Below are positions 1-9,463 of a DNA stretch of 64,000 nucleotides, piece after piece (the first letter of the stretch is position 1; every line of letters starts with the position of its first letter). The DNA is from Candidatus Woesearchaeota archaeon (lineage in GTDB: Archaea > Nanobdellota > Nanobdellia > Woesearchaeales > ARS49), in contig JAWADY010000001.1 of assembly GCA_038891615.1 (NCBI GenBank), positions 192,001-256,000 of the forward strand, read 5' to 3'. The position numbers were made by a program, and so were the translations under genes. The notes beneath the pieces were generated by a model that worked only from the letters and a program-made list of their open reading frames with translations, searched no databases and was not told the origin of the DNA.

Positions 1-1563
1 TAAAGCACCTGAAAAAGAATATCTAAAAAATGGTAGTCTATAGGTGTTAAGTATGAAGCCCATCTCCCTTAGTACATCCTTGGGCTGCATTGGCCCTTTC
101 TTATAAAAGCTTATCATATCTCCTCCATCAAAAACCTCGAACAATTTTTCCTTTGTTTCCATTACCTGTTTTAACTCGTCATTGTAAAGGTCGCTCAAAC
201 CTCTTACAAAATAGCGCTTGTATGAAGGCTTTGTAAAGATGTCGCGTACAAAATCATCAAATGCGCATGAAAAAGCTACCCTAAATCTCGTAGGCATTCC
301 ACAACTTTTGTATATCGTATCCTCAGCAATGCAAAAATCATCAACTGCCTTTTTGCTTTCCTTGAGATAACTAAGCAAGAACTCTATGCTAAACTGAGAA
401 TTTTTCCAGCCGTAGTTCCAAAATCTCACATAATTTTTTCCAAACATAAAAAAATTTTTTGCATGGCTGGGGTCTAGTGCTATCAGGCTTCCAAAAAGCT
501 CATCTGAGCGTTGCCGCTGAAGGGAATTGGCAAGCAGCAGAGAATCCGCAATTTTTAGTACAAAACGCTTGAACTGCTCTATTGCTTTTTCCTGATTCTG
601 AAAGAACCTCTCTACATCGACCATTATTGTTGATTGACCACAAATGAGCCCAGGAATGTGTCCCTGCATTTCTTTCTCATAGAGTAACCATTCGTTTTCA
701 GAAAAGGTGTACGGTCCAGCCTTGCCAACAAAATATGGCGCCTGATAGCAGTTTTGGTTCTTTATGTAAAGGCTTTCATTGTGTCTGGAGTAAAGCTGCA
801 CAAGCTTTTCGAAAAAATCAGAATGCTCATAAAATTCCTTTAGTTGGGTGTCAAAAACAAAGGTTATGTTTCTATTTTTCTGTTGAAGAAGCAAAGAAAT
901 AAGTTTAAGTATTGGCTCGCCCTTTGTCACATTTGTCATGTCGATAATGTAGCATATCTTTTTACCATAGTCATCACATTTTGCATTGAGCTTTGTCACA
1001 AACGGTGCAAGCAATTGGGTCTCTGATTTTTGGACCATGACTTCAAAATCGTTTACTGCAATAACATCATTGACAACACCAAAACATCCATTGATGGCAT
1101 GCCATAGCCCTTTAGGGCTCTTGAATAGCGATGCCTCAAGCAGAACACTGTTTAGCCTATCAATCCACGTTGTTGCCTCTAATTTATATATAATTCCCTT
1201 TTGTTCATAGCCTTCTACTGGCATGGGAGGAGTTATTGGTCGGGTGACAGTAATGTTATCAAAGTGTGGCACCTCTACCCCAGCCACAATTGCAAAGCTT
1301 TTTTCTTTGTTTTTACCTTCCTTTGTTATCCTTATGTAGCCTTCAAGAACAAGTTTGTTAAGATAGTAAAGAATGCGCCTGTGCAATTGTGCCTTACGTC
1401 TTTTTGCTTGCTTTTGTCTTTCAACATCACTAGAAATAAGCAATCTTTCAATCTCGTCATATCCTGGGGTTAGCTTCTCTACAATCTCTGTTGTAGAGAA
1501 TTCCTTTTCAGGATTCTTTGCTAAAAGTTCTAATATTGATGTTTCAAAATCTCCTTTACGCAT
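1..1563 (-). CDS. Large hypothetical protein with N-terminal winged-helix domain (3'-truncated by window edge)
   Basis: Absent from the ORF track because there is no stop in the window. Manual translation from ATG 1563 is open for 521 codons (MRKGDFETSILELLAKNPEKEFSTTEIVEKL...LHRRILYYLNKLVLEGYIRITKEG); SD-like GGGGTGG upstream. Confidence 0.8.
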   Translation of the reverse strand, partial: MRKGDFETSILELLAKNPEKEFSTTEIVEKLTPGYDEIERLLISSDVERQKQAKRRKAQLHRRILYYLNKLVLEGYIRITKEGKNKEKSFAIVAGVEVPHFDNITVTRPITPPMPVEGYEQKGIIYKLEATTWIDRLNSVLLEASLFKSPKGLWHAINGCFGVVNDVIAVNDFEVMVQKSETQLLAPFVTKLNAKCDDYGKKICYIIDMTNVTKGEPILKLISLLLQQKNRNITFVFDTQLKEFYEHSDFFEKLVQLYSRHNESLYIKNQNCYQAPYFVGKAGPYTFSENEWLLYEKEMQGHIPGLICGQSTIMVDVERFFQNQEKAIEQFKRFVLKIADSLLLANSLQRQRSDELFGSLIALDPSHAKNFFMFGKNYVRFWNYGWKNSQFSIEFLLSYLKESKKAVDDFCIAEDTIYKSCGMPTRFRVAFSCAFDDFVRDIFTKPSYKRYFVRGLSDLYNDELKQVMETKEKLFEVFDGGDMISFYKKGPMQPKDVLREMGFILNTYRLPFFRYSFSGAL

Positions 1564-1628
1564 TAGCCACCCCTAAAAACTGTCTAAAACAGTCTATTAT
1601 ATAAAATTTATCATATTTCAGGAAATTT

Positions 1629-1647
1629 TATTGAAACGGTTTCAATA
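1629..1647. promoter_or_regulatory. Palindromic operator candidate TATTGAAAC-G-GTTTCAATA
   Basis: Perfect 9-bp inverted repeat in the divergent intergenic region between two HTH genes. Confidence 0.5.
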
Positions 1648-1825
1648 GTTTCAGAAGAATAATTTATATTTCAAAAAATAATTCTTATTTCAAATGCATA
1701 AAAAAAGGGATTCCTGAAACAAAAATTACACACAGGCCGAAAACCCGCCAATTTCGTTAAATCACAACAAGTAGAGCTCATTGGAGCTCCAGGAATCCCT
1801 GATTTAAGAAAGATTAGAAAATAAA

Positions 1826-2122
1826 ATGGCAGATTGTTTCATATGTGGCAAAAAATTGGTGAGAGTAAATCTTGATTTCATAATTAGTGGAATTGGGTAT
1901 AGATGTCTTAATTGTATGGGTATAAGTGTAAAAAGCCCTGCAAAGGCAGAAAAAATGGCTGCTCTTATAAGCTTGCTTGCAAGGGACTGCAGCACAAAAC
2001 TTCGCGAACTGAGTTCTACGCTAGGAGTGCCAAAGTCAACTCTGCATGATTATATTCGAGAGATAAAAAAAGGCTGCAAATTCACTTTTAGACTGAACAG
2101 GAGAAATTTAGATACTGTTTAG
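1826..2122 (+). CDS. Small Zn-ribbon + HTH protein
   Basis: CFIC...CLNC, then HTH-like LRELSSTLGVPKSTLHDY. Confidence 0.65.
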   Translation: MADCFICGKKLVRVNLDFIISGIGYRCLNCMGISVKSPAKAEKMAALISLLARDCSTKLRELSSTLGVPKSTLHDYIREIKKGCKFTFRLNRRNLDTV

Positions 2123-2244
2123 TTTATAGGATATGACTTTTTGTTGGTGGTTTGCCAATAACTTAAATCCTCTTTAAAAGAGGGATTTCCAAACCATTTT
2201 AGAAGCAAAACATTTTAAAATAGTTCTTTATTTATCCTACACAA

Positions 2245-2386
2245 GCCTCGGTAGTCTAATGGCTAGGATAGAGCCCTGTCGACGCCAAATCCAAATTGGC
2301 CAATGGCTTTTGATGGACTAGCCTGACGCGTGGTTACGCGTTGCGACAGACCGGCTCTGATGCGGGTTCGAATCCCGCCCGGGGCG
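2245..2386 (+). tRNA. tRNA-Asp(GTC) with 70-nt intron at 37/38 (2282-2351)
   Basis: Acceptor GCCTCGG/CCGGGGC, anticodon stem GAGCC/GGCTC, loop CTGTCG, T-arm GCGGG-TTCGAAT-CCCGC. Canonical BHB: CTGT/ACAG helix with two 3-nt bulges. TATA-like TTTTAAAA at 2213-2220. Confidence 0.92.
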
Positions 2387-2460
2387 TTCGAACTTCCAGA
2401 GTTAAGCCTGCTCGGGCAACGAAATGGAGTGAAAGTTTGCACAAAAGAGAGGTGAAAAAA

Positions 2461-2676
2461 ATGGAAAACTGCAACTATAACAAAACGAGGTTGCTTGCTG
2501 AAATTTTGTCAACCCTCTGGCGTCTAGAAAGAGGTGTTTACGCCGAGGATGCCAAAAAGGCGGGCCATCCTCTTTGTGGCAAGCTTTACGAGGATCTTGC
2601 CAAAGACCTGAGAAAATACAAAGAAAAGCTGATAGCTGCGATTGAAGGACTATCAAAAGAAGGAAAGTTCAAATAA
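2461..2676 (+). CDS. Small two-helix (half-ferritin-like) protein, 71 aa
   Basis: SD GAGGTGA before ATG 2461 (the track start at 2341 lies inside the tRNA); YN..LWR..Y.EDA..HPLC..LY.DL pattern. Confidence 0.6.
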   Translation: MENCNYNKTRLLAEILSTLWRLERGVYAEDAKKAGHPLCGKLYEDLAKDLRKYKEKLIAAIEGLSKEGKFK

Positions 2677-2764
2677 AACAGACTAAAATTCGGTAAGCAA
2701 ACCAATTGCTTATTAGAAAGGTTTAGATTGTCAATGTAATCAAAAGGCTATCGGCTGTTTATTT

Positions 2765-3196
2765 TCATGGCAGCTTACAGCCGCTTTTGGAAGCCAATTG
2801 AGCAAAGGTTTGCTCACCACTAACCCTGCTACCATCCCCAAACACCCAAGTTGGATAAGCCATTATTCCAGCTTTGGTACATTCTTTTGTCTGACCTCTT
2901 TCGTTAGGAATTGCGCACTCGACATAGTTAATATATTTCCAGCTCTCACCAAACATTGCTTTTTGGTTCTGGCAATGGGGGCACCAATAAGCGCCATACA
3001 TTTTTACACCAGAATCTGTCAAGCATTTTGCAAAGATGTCAAGCGGTGACATGCTTGTTTCGCCTACGACAGCTCCTCCAGTAGCAGTGCTTCTTGCACA
3101 ACCAACAAGGATAAACGCAGCTAAAAGAGTAATAAAAACAAACACAAATAGGGTTGGATAAACACGATAAGTTCTTTTTTGAAGAGTTGATTCCAT
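2765..3196 (-). CDS. Membrane-anchored thioredoxin-fold protein (VKOR-associated Trx-like), possible lipoprotein
   Basis: MYGAYWCPHC, YVEC, AYPTW; hydrophobic N-terminus ending in lipobox-like LVGC. Confidence 0.85.
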   Translation of the reverse strand: MESTLQKRTYRVYPTLFVFVFITLLAAFILVGCARSTATGGAVVGETSMSPLDIFAKCLTDSGVKMYGAYWCPHCQNQKAMFGESWKYINYVECAIPNERGQTKECTKAGIMAYPTWVFGDGSRVSGEQTFAQLASKSGCKLP

Positions 3197-3322
3197 ATCT
3201 TCACCTCTAATCAGACCTTTGTATATTGTTAGATTGTTGTTTATGTATTCCCCTTATTTTTAGCAGGTAATGTAACATTTAATAATTTTTCGCTTGCATG
3301 ATGTACAAATCAAATTTTAAAT

Positions 3323-3466
3323 TTAAACAAATTTTAAATTTAAATATATCAATATTGCCACAAAGATTATGATGACAAACAAAATTCGCAAAGTTGGGTT
3401 GCGACTTTGAAATTTATCTTTCATTTGCTTTTCACTAACGCCTTTATGACCTGCACAACAATCCAT
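3323..3466 (-). CDS. 47-aa membrane microprotein MDCCAGH...
   Basis: Manual translation MDCCAGHKGVSEKQMKDKFQSRNPTLRILFVIIIFVAILIYLNLKFV; strong SD GGAGAGGTG; one TM helix. Confidence 0.65.
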   Translation of the reverse strand: MDCCAGHKGVSEKQMKDKFQSRNPTLRILFVIIIFVAILIYLNLKFV

Positions 3467-3512
3467 CTTGGCACCTCTCCTTCATTTTATTTAAAATTGT
3501 TCTTTGCGGACC

Positions 3513-3605
3513 TTATTGCTCAAAACAACATTCCAAAACCTCTTTAAGGGTTTTCTTAACTTTTTTCTTCAAACCACCAAGCTTTTTTGCAAGCTCTTCA
3601 ATCAC
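3513..3605 (-). CDS. 30-aa Cys-Cys peptide, or frameshifted C-terminal tail of the upstream gene
   Basis: GTG start with GAGGT 6 nt upstream: MIEELAKKLGGLKKKVKKTLKEVLECCFEQ; lies in the -1 frame of 3608..4039. Confidence 0.45.
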   Translation of the reverse strand: MIEELAKKLGGLKKKVKKTLKEVLECCFEQ

Positions 3606-3607
3606 TT

Positions 3608-4039
3608 TTAGACCTCGCTTGAAACTTTTTCATCCAATGATTGAAGCAGCCAGAAAAGACCGTAAAGGTCAAAAGCTGCCCGCTCGAATTCATAAGCAGT
3701 GTCATTGGACTTTCCAATGTATTTTGTAGCAACTTCCATCAATCTCATTGTTGCTGCAAGCAGGTGCTTGCTAATGCACCATAGCTCACCCTCACGATTA
3801 TGAACCAATTCACCGAGCATCTTTATCCTAAGTTTGCGGACAGCAGCGAGAATTTCAAGGTAATGCTTTCTCTTTGTCTTCATTGCAGTAAAGGCAAGAT
3901 GTTCTTCGAGGCTTATCAAGTTCATCACAGCTATTGAAAGATCTTGACGATGAGTCAAGTCGGCCTTTTCGATATCGGCTTTCTTTTTCCTGCCTTGAGC
4001 CGAGGCTACTTTTGTCCTTTGTGTCATCCTTTGTATCAT
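3608..4039 (-). CDS. Hypothetical all-helical protein
   Basis: DLSIAVMNLISLEEH and WCISKH segments; ATGA overlap with upstream gene. Confidence 0.7.
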   Translation of the reverse strand: MIQRMTQRTKVASAQGRKKKADIEKADLTHRQDLSIAVMNLISLEEHLAFTAMKTKRKHYLEILAAVRKLRIKMLGELVHNREGELWCISKHLLAATMRLMEVATKYIGKSNDTAYEFERAAFDLYGLFWLLQSLDEKVSSEV

Positions 4040-4554
4040 GCTGCCACCCCGAATAGACGTAAAGCTAAGACAGTTACGAGCAGCGCCGTTAGCATAAAGG
4101 CAAGCCCTTGCAACGGCATAAAATTCTTACCCCTGTTAAGTCTGCGCACAACATGATGTAGCCAAAACGCACCACTGGTTGTTGCAGAACCAATGACAAC
4201 CCCTGCTAGCAGGTAAGGCATTCCAAAGAGGGTTCCTGAAGAGTTGAAGAGCTTTGCAAAATGCAAGGTTAGTGTTGTCAAAAGAATGCTTAAAAGTGTC
4301 AAAATAGCTGACTGAAAAGGAATGTTCCAACCACGCTTTTTCATTGCATTGCTTGTCCAGAGCCCAATAGATACTGCAAGAGCTCCGATAAAAACGCCAA
4401 AAATGCTGTCATGTATTCCATAAAATCTTGCAGTAGTTACAGCGCCAACTGCTGCCACAGCACATAAAGGGCAATGTGCAAAAGCCGAAGGGACGGTTGC
4501 CAGGACCATGGATGCACCAATTATGGCAATCCTGCTTATGTTCATTCTCAGCAT
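4036..4554 (-). CDS. Multi-TM membrane protein with AHCPLC motif
   Basis: Signal-like N-terminus, AHCPLC, about 5 hydrophobic helices. Confidence 0.75.
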   Translation of the reverse strand: MLRMNISRIAIIGASMVLATVPSAFAHCPLCAVAAVGAVTTARFYGIHDSIFGVFIGALAVSIGLWTSNAMKKRGWNIPFQSAILTLLSILLTTLTLHFAKLFNSSGTLFGMPYLLAGVVIGSATTSGAFWLHHVVRRLNRGKNFMPLQGLAFMLTALLVTVLALRLFGVAA

Positions 4555-5126
4555 CCTCCTGTTCCTGAATCAGCTCCGCCTGGATAGAATACCTCCTTCC
4601 ACTTGTTTATCTCAGCCTGTATTTGTTCACGAGTGTAGCCCTTTGTAACAAGCAACTTTGCAAGGCCGTAAAGTGCAACGTGATGACCACATTCACAGTT
4701 GTTGCTTGCCTGCAGTGTTGTAAAGCCGCAGCAAGGAAGTCTCACATCAAGCCCAACAATTTTCTTTGTCTGTTCAGAGTTCAACTTTATGCTTTTCGCA
4801 TAATCAATAAGCTTAGCGTATCCTGCTGAATCATAGCTTATTCCATATTCTGACATCTCACCAGAACCTTGTGGAGAAGCATCATGCGATGTTGGCTCAA
4901 TCCCACATCCACCAACACCCGTCGTAGCACCTGTTGAAACAGAAGCTGCGGAATTAGCCGATTTTCCATGATGGACTTCCATCATTTCTTCATATGAAGA
5001 ATAACCGTGGTAAAGCCCAGAAGCGCTGCTTCCAGATTTGGTTGATTTGCTAATCCAGACAACTGTTCCAAAAAGCGCTATTGCTAGGAGAAGGACTATC
5101 AACACTCCAATTGTTTTGTTAGACAT
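4548..5126 (-). CDS. Membrane-anchored Cys/His/Met-rich protein
   Basis: N-terminal TM; YEEMMEVHH, GGC, PCC, CECGHH, C-terminal GGC; SD GGAGGT. Confidence 0.75.
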   Translation of the reverse strand: MSNKTIGVLIVLLLAIALFGTVVWISKSTKSGSSASGLYHGYSSYEEMMEVHHGKSANSAASVSTGATTGVGGCGIEPTSHDASPQGSGEMSEYGISYDSAGYAKLIDYAKSIKLNSEQTKKIVGLDVRLPCCGFTTLQASNNCECGHHVALYGLAKLLVTKGYTREQIQAEINKWKEVFYPGGADSGTGGC

Positions 5127-5201
5127 TTTTATTTTACATTACACCTCCGAGCTAAATAATCTGAAAAGGCAAAGGATTGAAACACCATATATTAATTTCG
5201 G

Positions 5202-5215
5202 TGAAACTAGTTTCA
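5202..5215. promoter_or_regulatory. Palindrome TGAAACTAGTTTCA upstream of the Cys-rich operon promoter
   Basis: Perfect 14-bp palindrome just upstream (minus sense) of TATA-like TTAATATA (5188-5195); extra half-site TTGAAAC at 5177-5183. Confidence 0.55.
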
Positions 5216-5253
5216 AAGGAATTTTAAGTTTCTAAGCTTTATAACAGGCAAAT

Positions 5254-5766
5254 TTAGAAGCTTTGGACTTGATGTTTCAATATAACAACATTGGTCATCC
5301 CCCTACGCCTTCGCTCGACAAGCCCCTTTGCCTCAAGCTTATCAAGAAGCCTAGTAATCTTCACCTTTGACATCTGCAGCTTGTCAACAAGTTCGTTCTG
5401 GAAGAGCATTCCATTCGAATCTTTAAGAAGGTTGTAAAGTGCCAGCTCATCGCCACCAAGCTCCTTTGCAGCATTTCTTGCACTTGCCGCAACAATCTCT
5501 TCAGGTCTCTTTTTAAAGAAGAGATACATCCCTATGCTAAAAAAAACAACAAGTACGAATGAACCTAGGTATTTAGGCAGCGAGAGTCTATTTATTTGTT
5601 CATAAGGGCATATTGTGTTAGGCTCATGAATGCAATTGCCCTGCTCATCAAATCTTGCCTGCGAAAGAATAAAGGATTCTGTCTGCTTGACGTAGACCCC
5701 TCCAACTACCATAGTAATGAGTGAAAAAAGCATTATTACAAACCCCAACTGCTTATATCCTAGCAT
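5254..5766 (-). CDS. Membrane-anchored MarR-like wHTH regulator
   Basis: Two TM helices flanking a C-x-H-x5-C loop; C-terminal QNELVDKLQMSKVKITRLLDKLEAKGLVERRRRGMTN. Confidence 0.85.
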   Translation of the reverse strand: MLGYKQLGFVIMLFSLITMVVGGVYVKQTESFILSQARFDEQGNCIHEPNTICPYEQINRLSLPKYLGSFVLVVFFSIGMYLFFKKRPEEIVAASARNAAKELGGDELALYNLLKDSNGMLFQNELVDKLQMSKVKITRLLDKLEAKGLVERRRRGMTNVVILKHQVQSF

Positions 5767-5805
5767 GCATTTATATTACGAATGACGATTTTTAAAGGTT
5801 GCTGT

Positions 5806-5958
5806 TCATCCCTTTTTGCAAAAAGGGGTGATCCTGATAAAGAAATCTAGGTTGAATTTTGCCCAAACTTGATGAGAACCTTTACGATATGTATACGGAA
5901 CATCATAAAATCCTCTGTCAACAGACTTAATCCAAGCATCTATTTTTTGTGCATATTC
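5806..5958 (-). pseudogene. Remnant resembling a type III restriction (Res) C-terminal nuclease region
   Basis: Startless frame [42 protein letters not shown], similar by recall to the Res ...FY.I.Y...FNPDF segment. Confidence 0.55.
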
Positions 5959-8900
5959 ACACAGTAACTAAATTTCCAGCAACTAACTCTGCTTGTTTTA
6001 AAACGGTTTCTGTTGCTTTTTTTTCTTTATCAGGCGGATAGCCATATTTTCTCAGTATTTTCTTTACTTTGAGGCGCAACTCTGCTTGAACACTTTCTCT
6101 TTGTGTCCAGTCTATTGTAACACTTTTTCTTATCATTTGTGTTAGTTCGAGTGCTATTTTTCTTAAGGTTTCGTCACCAAGTATTTTAACTGCGCTATCA
6201 TTGGCTTCAAGTGCATCATAAAATGCAAGTTCATCTTCACTCATTCCAAGCTCTTTTCCCCTGTTTTTTTCTTCTCTAACTTTTCGTGCTAACTCTATTA
6301 ATTCTTCTACAGCTTGCGCAGCCTCTATAGTCCTATTTGTATATTTCTTTATTGTTTTATCCAGCATCTCCATGAAAGATTTGCCTCGAACAAGGTTTCT
6401 TTTTGAAATTATTTTAATCTCATCATTCAATAATTTTTTAAGAGCTTCAAACGCGAGGTTTTTCTGAGGCATATCTCTTACTTCAGCTAGAAAACGCTCT
6501 GATAAAATTGAAAGTTCTGGTTTTTTAATTCCAGCAGCCTCAAATATATCTATAATTCTATCAGAGATTACTGCCTTTGAAATAATCTGTTTGATTGCTG
6601 TTTCATATTCTTCTATTACATCTTTTTTGGTTTCGAGTTTTTTTGACATTGTTAATTTTAATGTCTGAAAAAAGCCAACTTCTTCCTTAATCTTCATGGC
6701 TTTTTCATGAGGAAATGACAAAGATAATGCTTTTACAAGAGCTGTTGCTTCTTTTCTAAATCTTTCTTTTTTCCCTGGCTCTTTTAGTATGTATTCCATT
6801 GCATTTAGCATGAAAGGAAATTTTTCTTTTGGCGAAAGCTCGAAAAATTTCTTGTAATTAAAACCATAAAACATATCTTTAACTATCTCATATTTTTCTA
6901 ACATTAATTTGACAGCCTCTTCTTGGTCCAATATTGGCTTTCCTTTACCGCCACTTAGTGTATAATCCATAAGTGCTTTTTTAAGTTCAGCTCCAACACC
7001 CATATAGTCGACAATCAGACCACCTTCCTTTCCAGGATAAACCCGATTCACTCTTGCTATTGCCTGCATTAGAGTATGACCTTTTATTGGCTTATCAAGA
7101 TACATTGTATGCAGAGATGGCGCATCGAACCCTGTCAAGAACATATCTCTTACGATAAGGAGTTTGATTTCATGTTTTGGGTCCCTAAAATTATCCCCTA
7201 TTCTCTTTCTTCTTTCTTTGTTTCTTATATGCTGCTGCCATTCTTTCGGGTCAGAAGCAGAGCCTGTTATTACGACTTTAATAAATCCTTTATCATCGTC
7301 ATCATTATGCCACTCTGGCCTTAGTTTTATTATCTCGTTATAAAGGTCAATGCATATTCTTCTCGACATACAAACAATCATTCCTTTTCCATCAAGGACA
7401 GAAAGCCTTTGCTCAAAATGATTTACAATGTCTTCTGCAATCCTTCTTATTCTTTTAGGAGCGCCCGCAACCTTTTCAAGACTTGCCCATTTACTTTTAA
7501 GTTTTTCTTTATGCTCTACCTCTTCGCCTTCTGTTACCTCCTCGAACTCTGGATCAATCTTTGGTCTTTCTTCTGGTTTTAACTCCAGCTTTGCTAATCT
7601 GCTTTCGTAAAATATTCCTACAGTAGCACCATCATTAATAGCTTGTTCAATATCATAAATATCAACATATTTTCCAAATACAGCAGGGGTTGATCTATCC
7701 TCTTTTTCTATTGGCGTTCCAGTAAAGCCAATGAATGACGCATTGGGCAAAGCATCTCTTAAGTACTTTGCATAACCATATGTTATAAGCACCTTATCTT
7801 CTTTTTTCAGTATTCTTGCAGGAAAACCATATTGGCTTCTATGAGCTTCATCCGCTATTACAATAATATTGTCTCGCTCTGATAGAGTAGGATACTTTTC
7901 TCTATCATCTTTTGTTTCTGGAAAGAATTTTTGTATAGTAGTAAAAATAATTCCGCCAGAAGCAACTTTAAGTAATTCCATCAGTTCTTTTCTTGTGCTT
8001 GCTTGAACTGGTTCTTGTCTTAATATGTCTTGACACTTGATAAAAGTTCCAAATAATTGGTCATCAAGGTCATTTCTGTCTGTAAGAACAACAATCGTAG
8101 GATTATCCAGTTGTCTAATAATTTTTCCAGCGTAAAAAATCATTGTCAAACTTTTTCCAGAACCCTGAGTGTGCCACACAATACCTGCCTTTTTATTTGT
8201 CCTTCTTGCCTGCAAGGTTGATTCTACTGCTTTATTTGCAGCCCAATACTGGTGATATGCTGCTAATTTCTTTTTTGTTTCTTTATCTTTTTCAAAAACA
8301 ATAAAGTTTCTTACGATATCTAAAAGCTTGTCTTTGTCAAGCATGCCTCTAAGCAAGATTTCTATTTCTGATAGCCCTTTCATCGGTTTTTCTCCTTCTA
8401 TTGTTTTCCACTGCATAAACCTCTCTGGCTCAGAAGTAATCGTGCCTGCTCTTGCATCCATGCCATCGCTAATAACTAAAATTTCGTTATATTTGAACAA
8501 AGAAGGTATCTGTTCTTTATATGTTTGAAATTGATTATATGCTGTCCAGATTGTTGCATCTTTATCTGCAGGGTTTTTTAACTCTATAACAACCAAAGGC
8601 AAGCCATTAACAAACAACACAATATCTGGCCTTCTTTCAGCATTGTTTTCTATTACTGTAAACTGGTTGACTGCAAGAAAATCATTATTTTTTATATCTT
8701 CAAAATCGAACAAATTAATCAAAACGTGCCTTTCTTCACCTGCTTTTGCTATAGGAATGCTGATACCATCTGTAAGCATCCTATGAAAGGTTTCATTGTC
8801 AACAAGCAACTTTTGGCTTCCTATTCTCAAGACTTCCTTTATAGCCTGCTCTCTCACCTCTTCTGAAACCTGCGGATTAATCCTTCTCAAAGCTTCTCTT

Positions 8901-9061
8901 AATCTATCAACAAGCACAACATCTTCATATCTCTGCCTTAGAGCATATTTTCCACCTGGTAAGTAATCCTCATTATTTCCCCTGATTACTTCATAGCCAA
9001 GGCTGCCCAAAACTGACAAAGCAAATTCTTCAACATCCGATTCATGGATTGCTTTTATCAT
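5957..9061 (-). CDS. hsdR: Type I restriction endonuclease subunit R
   Basis: [49 protein letters not shown]. Confidence 0.97.
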   Translation of the reverse strand: MIKAIHESDVEEFALSVLGSLGYEVIRGNNEDYLPGGKYALRQRYEDVVLVDRLREALRRINPQVSEEVREQAIKEVLRIGSQKLLVDNETFHRMLTDGISIPIAKAGEERHVLINLFDFEDIKNNDFLAVNQFTVIENNAERRPDIVLFVNGLPLVVIELKNPADKDATIWTAYNQFQTYKEQIPSLFKYNEILVISDGMDARAGTITSEPERFMQWKTIEGEKPMKGLSEIEILLRGMLDKDKLLDIVRNFIVFEKDKETKKKLAAYHQYWAANKAVESTLQARRTNKKAGIVWHTQGSGKSLTMIFYAGKIIRQLDNPTIVVLTDRNDLDDQLFGTFIKCQDILRQEPVQASTRKELMELLKVASGGIIFTTIQKFFPETKDDREKYPTLSERDNIIVIADEAHRSQYGFPARILKKEDKVLITYGYAKYLRDALPNASFIGFTGTPIEKEDRSTPAVFGKYVDIYDIEQAINDGATVGIFYESRLAKLELKPEERPKIDPEFEEVTEGEEVEHKEKLKSKWASLEKVAGAPKRIRRIAEDIVNHFEQRLSVLDGKGMIVCMSRRICIDLYNEIIKLRPEWHNDDDDKGFIKVVITGSASDPKEWQQHIRNKERRKRIGDNFRDPKHEIKLLIVRDMFLTGFDAPSLHTMYLDKPIKGHTLMQAIARVNRVYPGKEGGLIVDYMGVGAELKKALMDYTLSGGKGKPILDQEEAVKLMLEKYEIVKDMFYGFNYKKFFELSPKEKFPFMLNAMEYILKEPGKKERFRKEATALVKALSLSFPHEKAMKIKEEVGFFQTLKLTMSKKLETKKDVIEEYETAIKQIISKAVISDRIIDIFEAAGIKKPELSILSERFLAEVRDMPQKNLAFEALKKLLNDEIKIISKRNLVRGKSFMEMLDKTIKKYTNRTIEAAQAVEELIELARKVREEKNRGKELGMSEDELAFYDALEANDSAVKILGDETLRKIALELTQMIRKSVTIDWTQRESVQAELRLKVKKILRKYGYPPDKEKKATETVLKQAELVAGNLVTV

Positions 9062-9462
9062 TTCATCATCTTCTTAAATTTCAAGATTAAATTTTTCAAT
9101 TGTTCCACAACAACCTCTGCTTCTTCCTTTTCAAGCTTTTTTCCATAATAATTTACAGCGTTTCTAGTTTTTCTTAAATTATCAAAAATGTCAGCTTCCC
9201 TAGATAAATTTAATATTTCTTTTAGAAAAGCTGTGTAGCATTCATGATTATAAATTTTGAATCCTTTTTTAATAGGCAATGCTTCTAAAATCTCCCTTAA
9301 TGAATCGTACAATAAAGAAATTTTGCTTATAAGAAATTCATCAGCCAAAGAATCAGTAGAGTTAAATTTTATTTCTGCTGTTTCTAATAAAGATATTATC
9401 ATATTTTTATCCTCTTTCGTCTCTTTTGCAATTCTTTGTTTTAAGCATTCTCTCCAGTCCAT
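9058..9462 (-). CDS. HEPN-domain protein (toxin partner)
   Basis: YNHEC and R-x4-Y type [12 protein letters not shown]; directly downstream of the MNT gene. Confidence 0.75.
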   Translation of the reverse strand: MDWRECLKQRIAKETKEDKNMIISLLETAEIKFNSTDSLADEFLISKISLLYDSLREILEALPIKKGFKIYNHECYTAFLKEILNLSREADIFDNLRKTRNAVNYYGKKLEKEEAEVVVEQLKNLILKFKKMMK

Positions 9463-9463
9463 C

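Noticed and set aside
844-1576. Four short plus-strand ORFs
   Set aside because: Antisense to the long minus-strand frame 1..1563
1629-1647. ATTGAAAC as a CRISPR repeat end
   Set aside because: Occurs as isolated palindromes at promoters, not as a regularly spaced array
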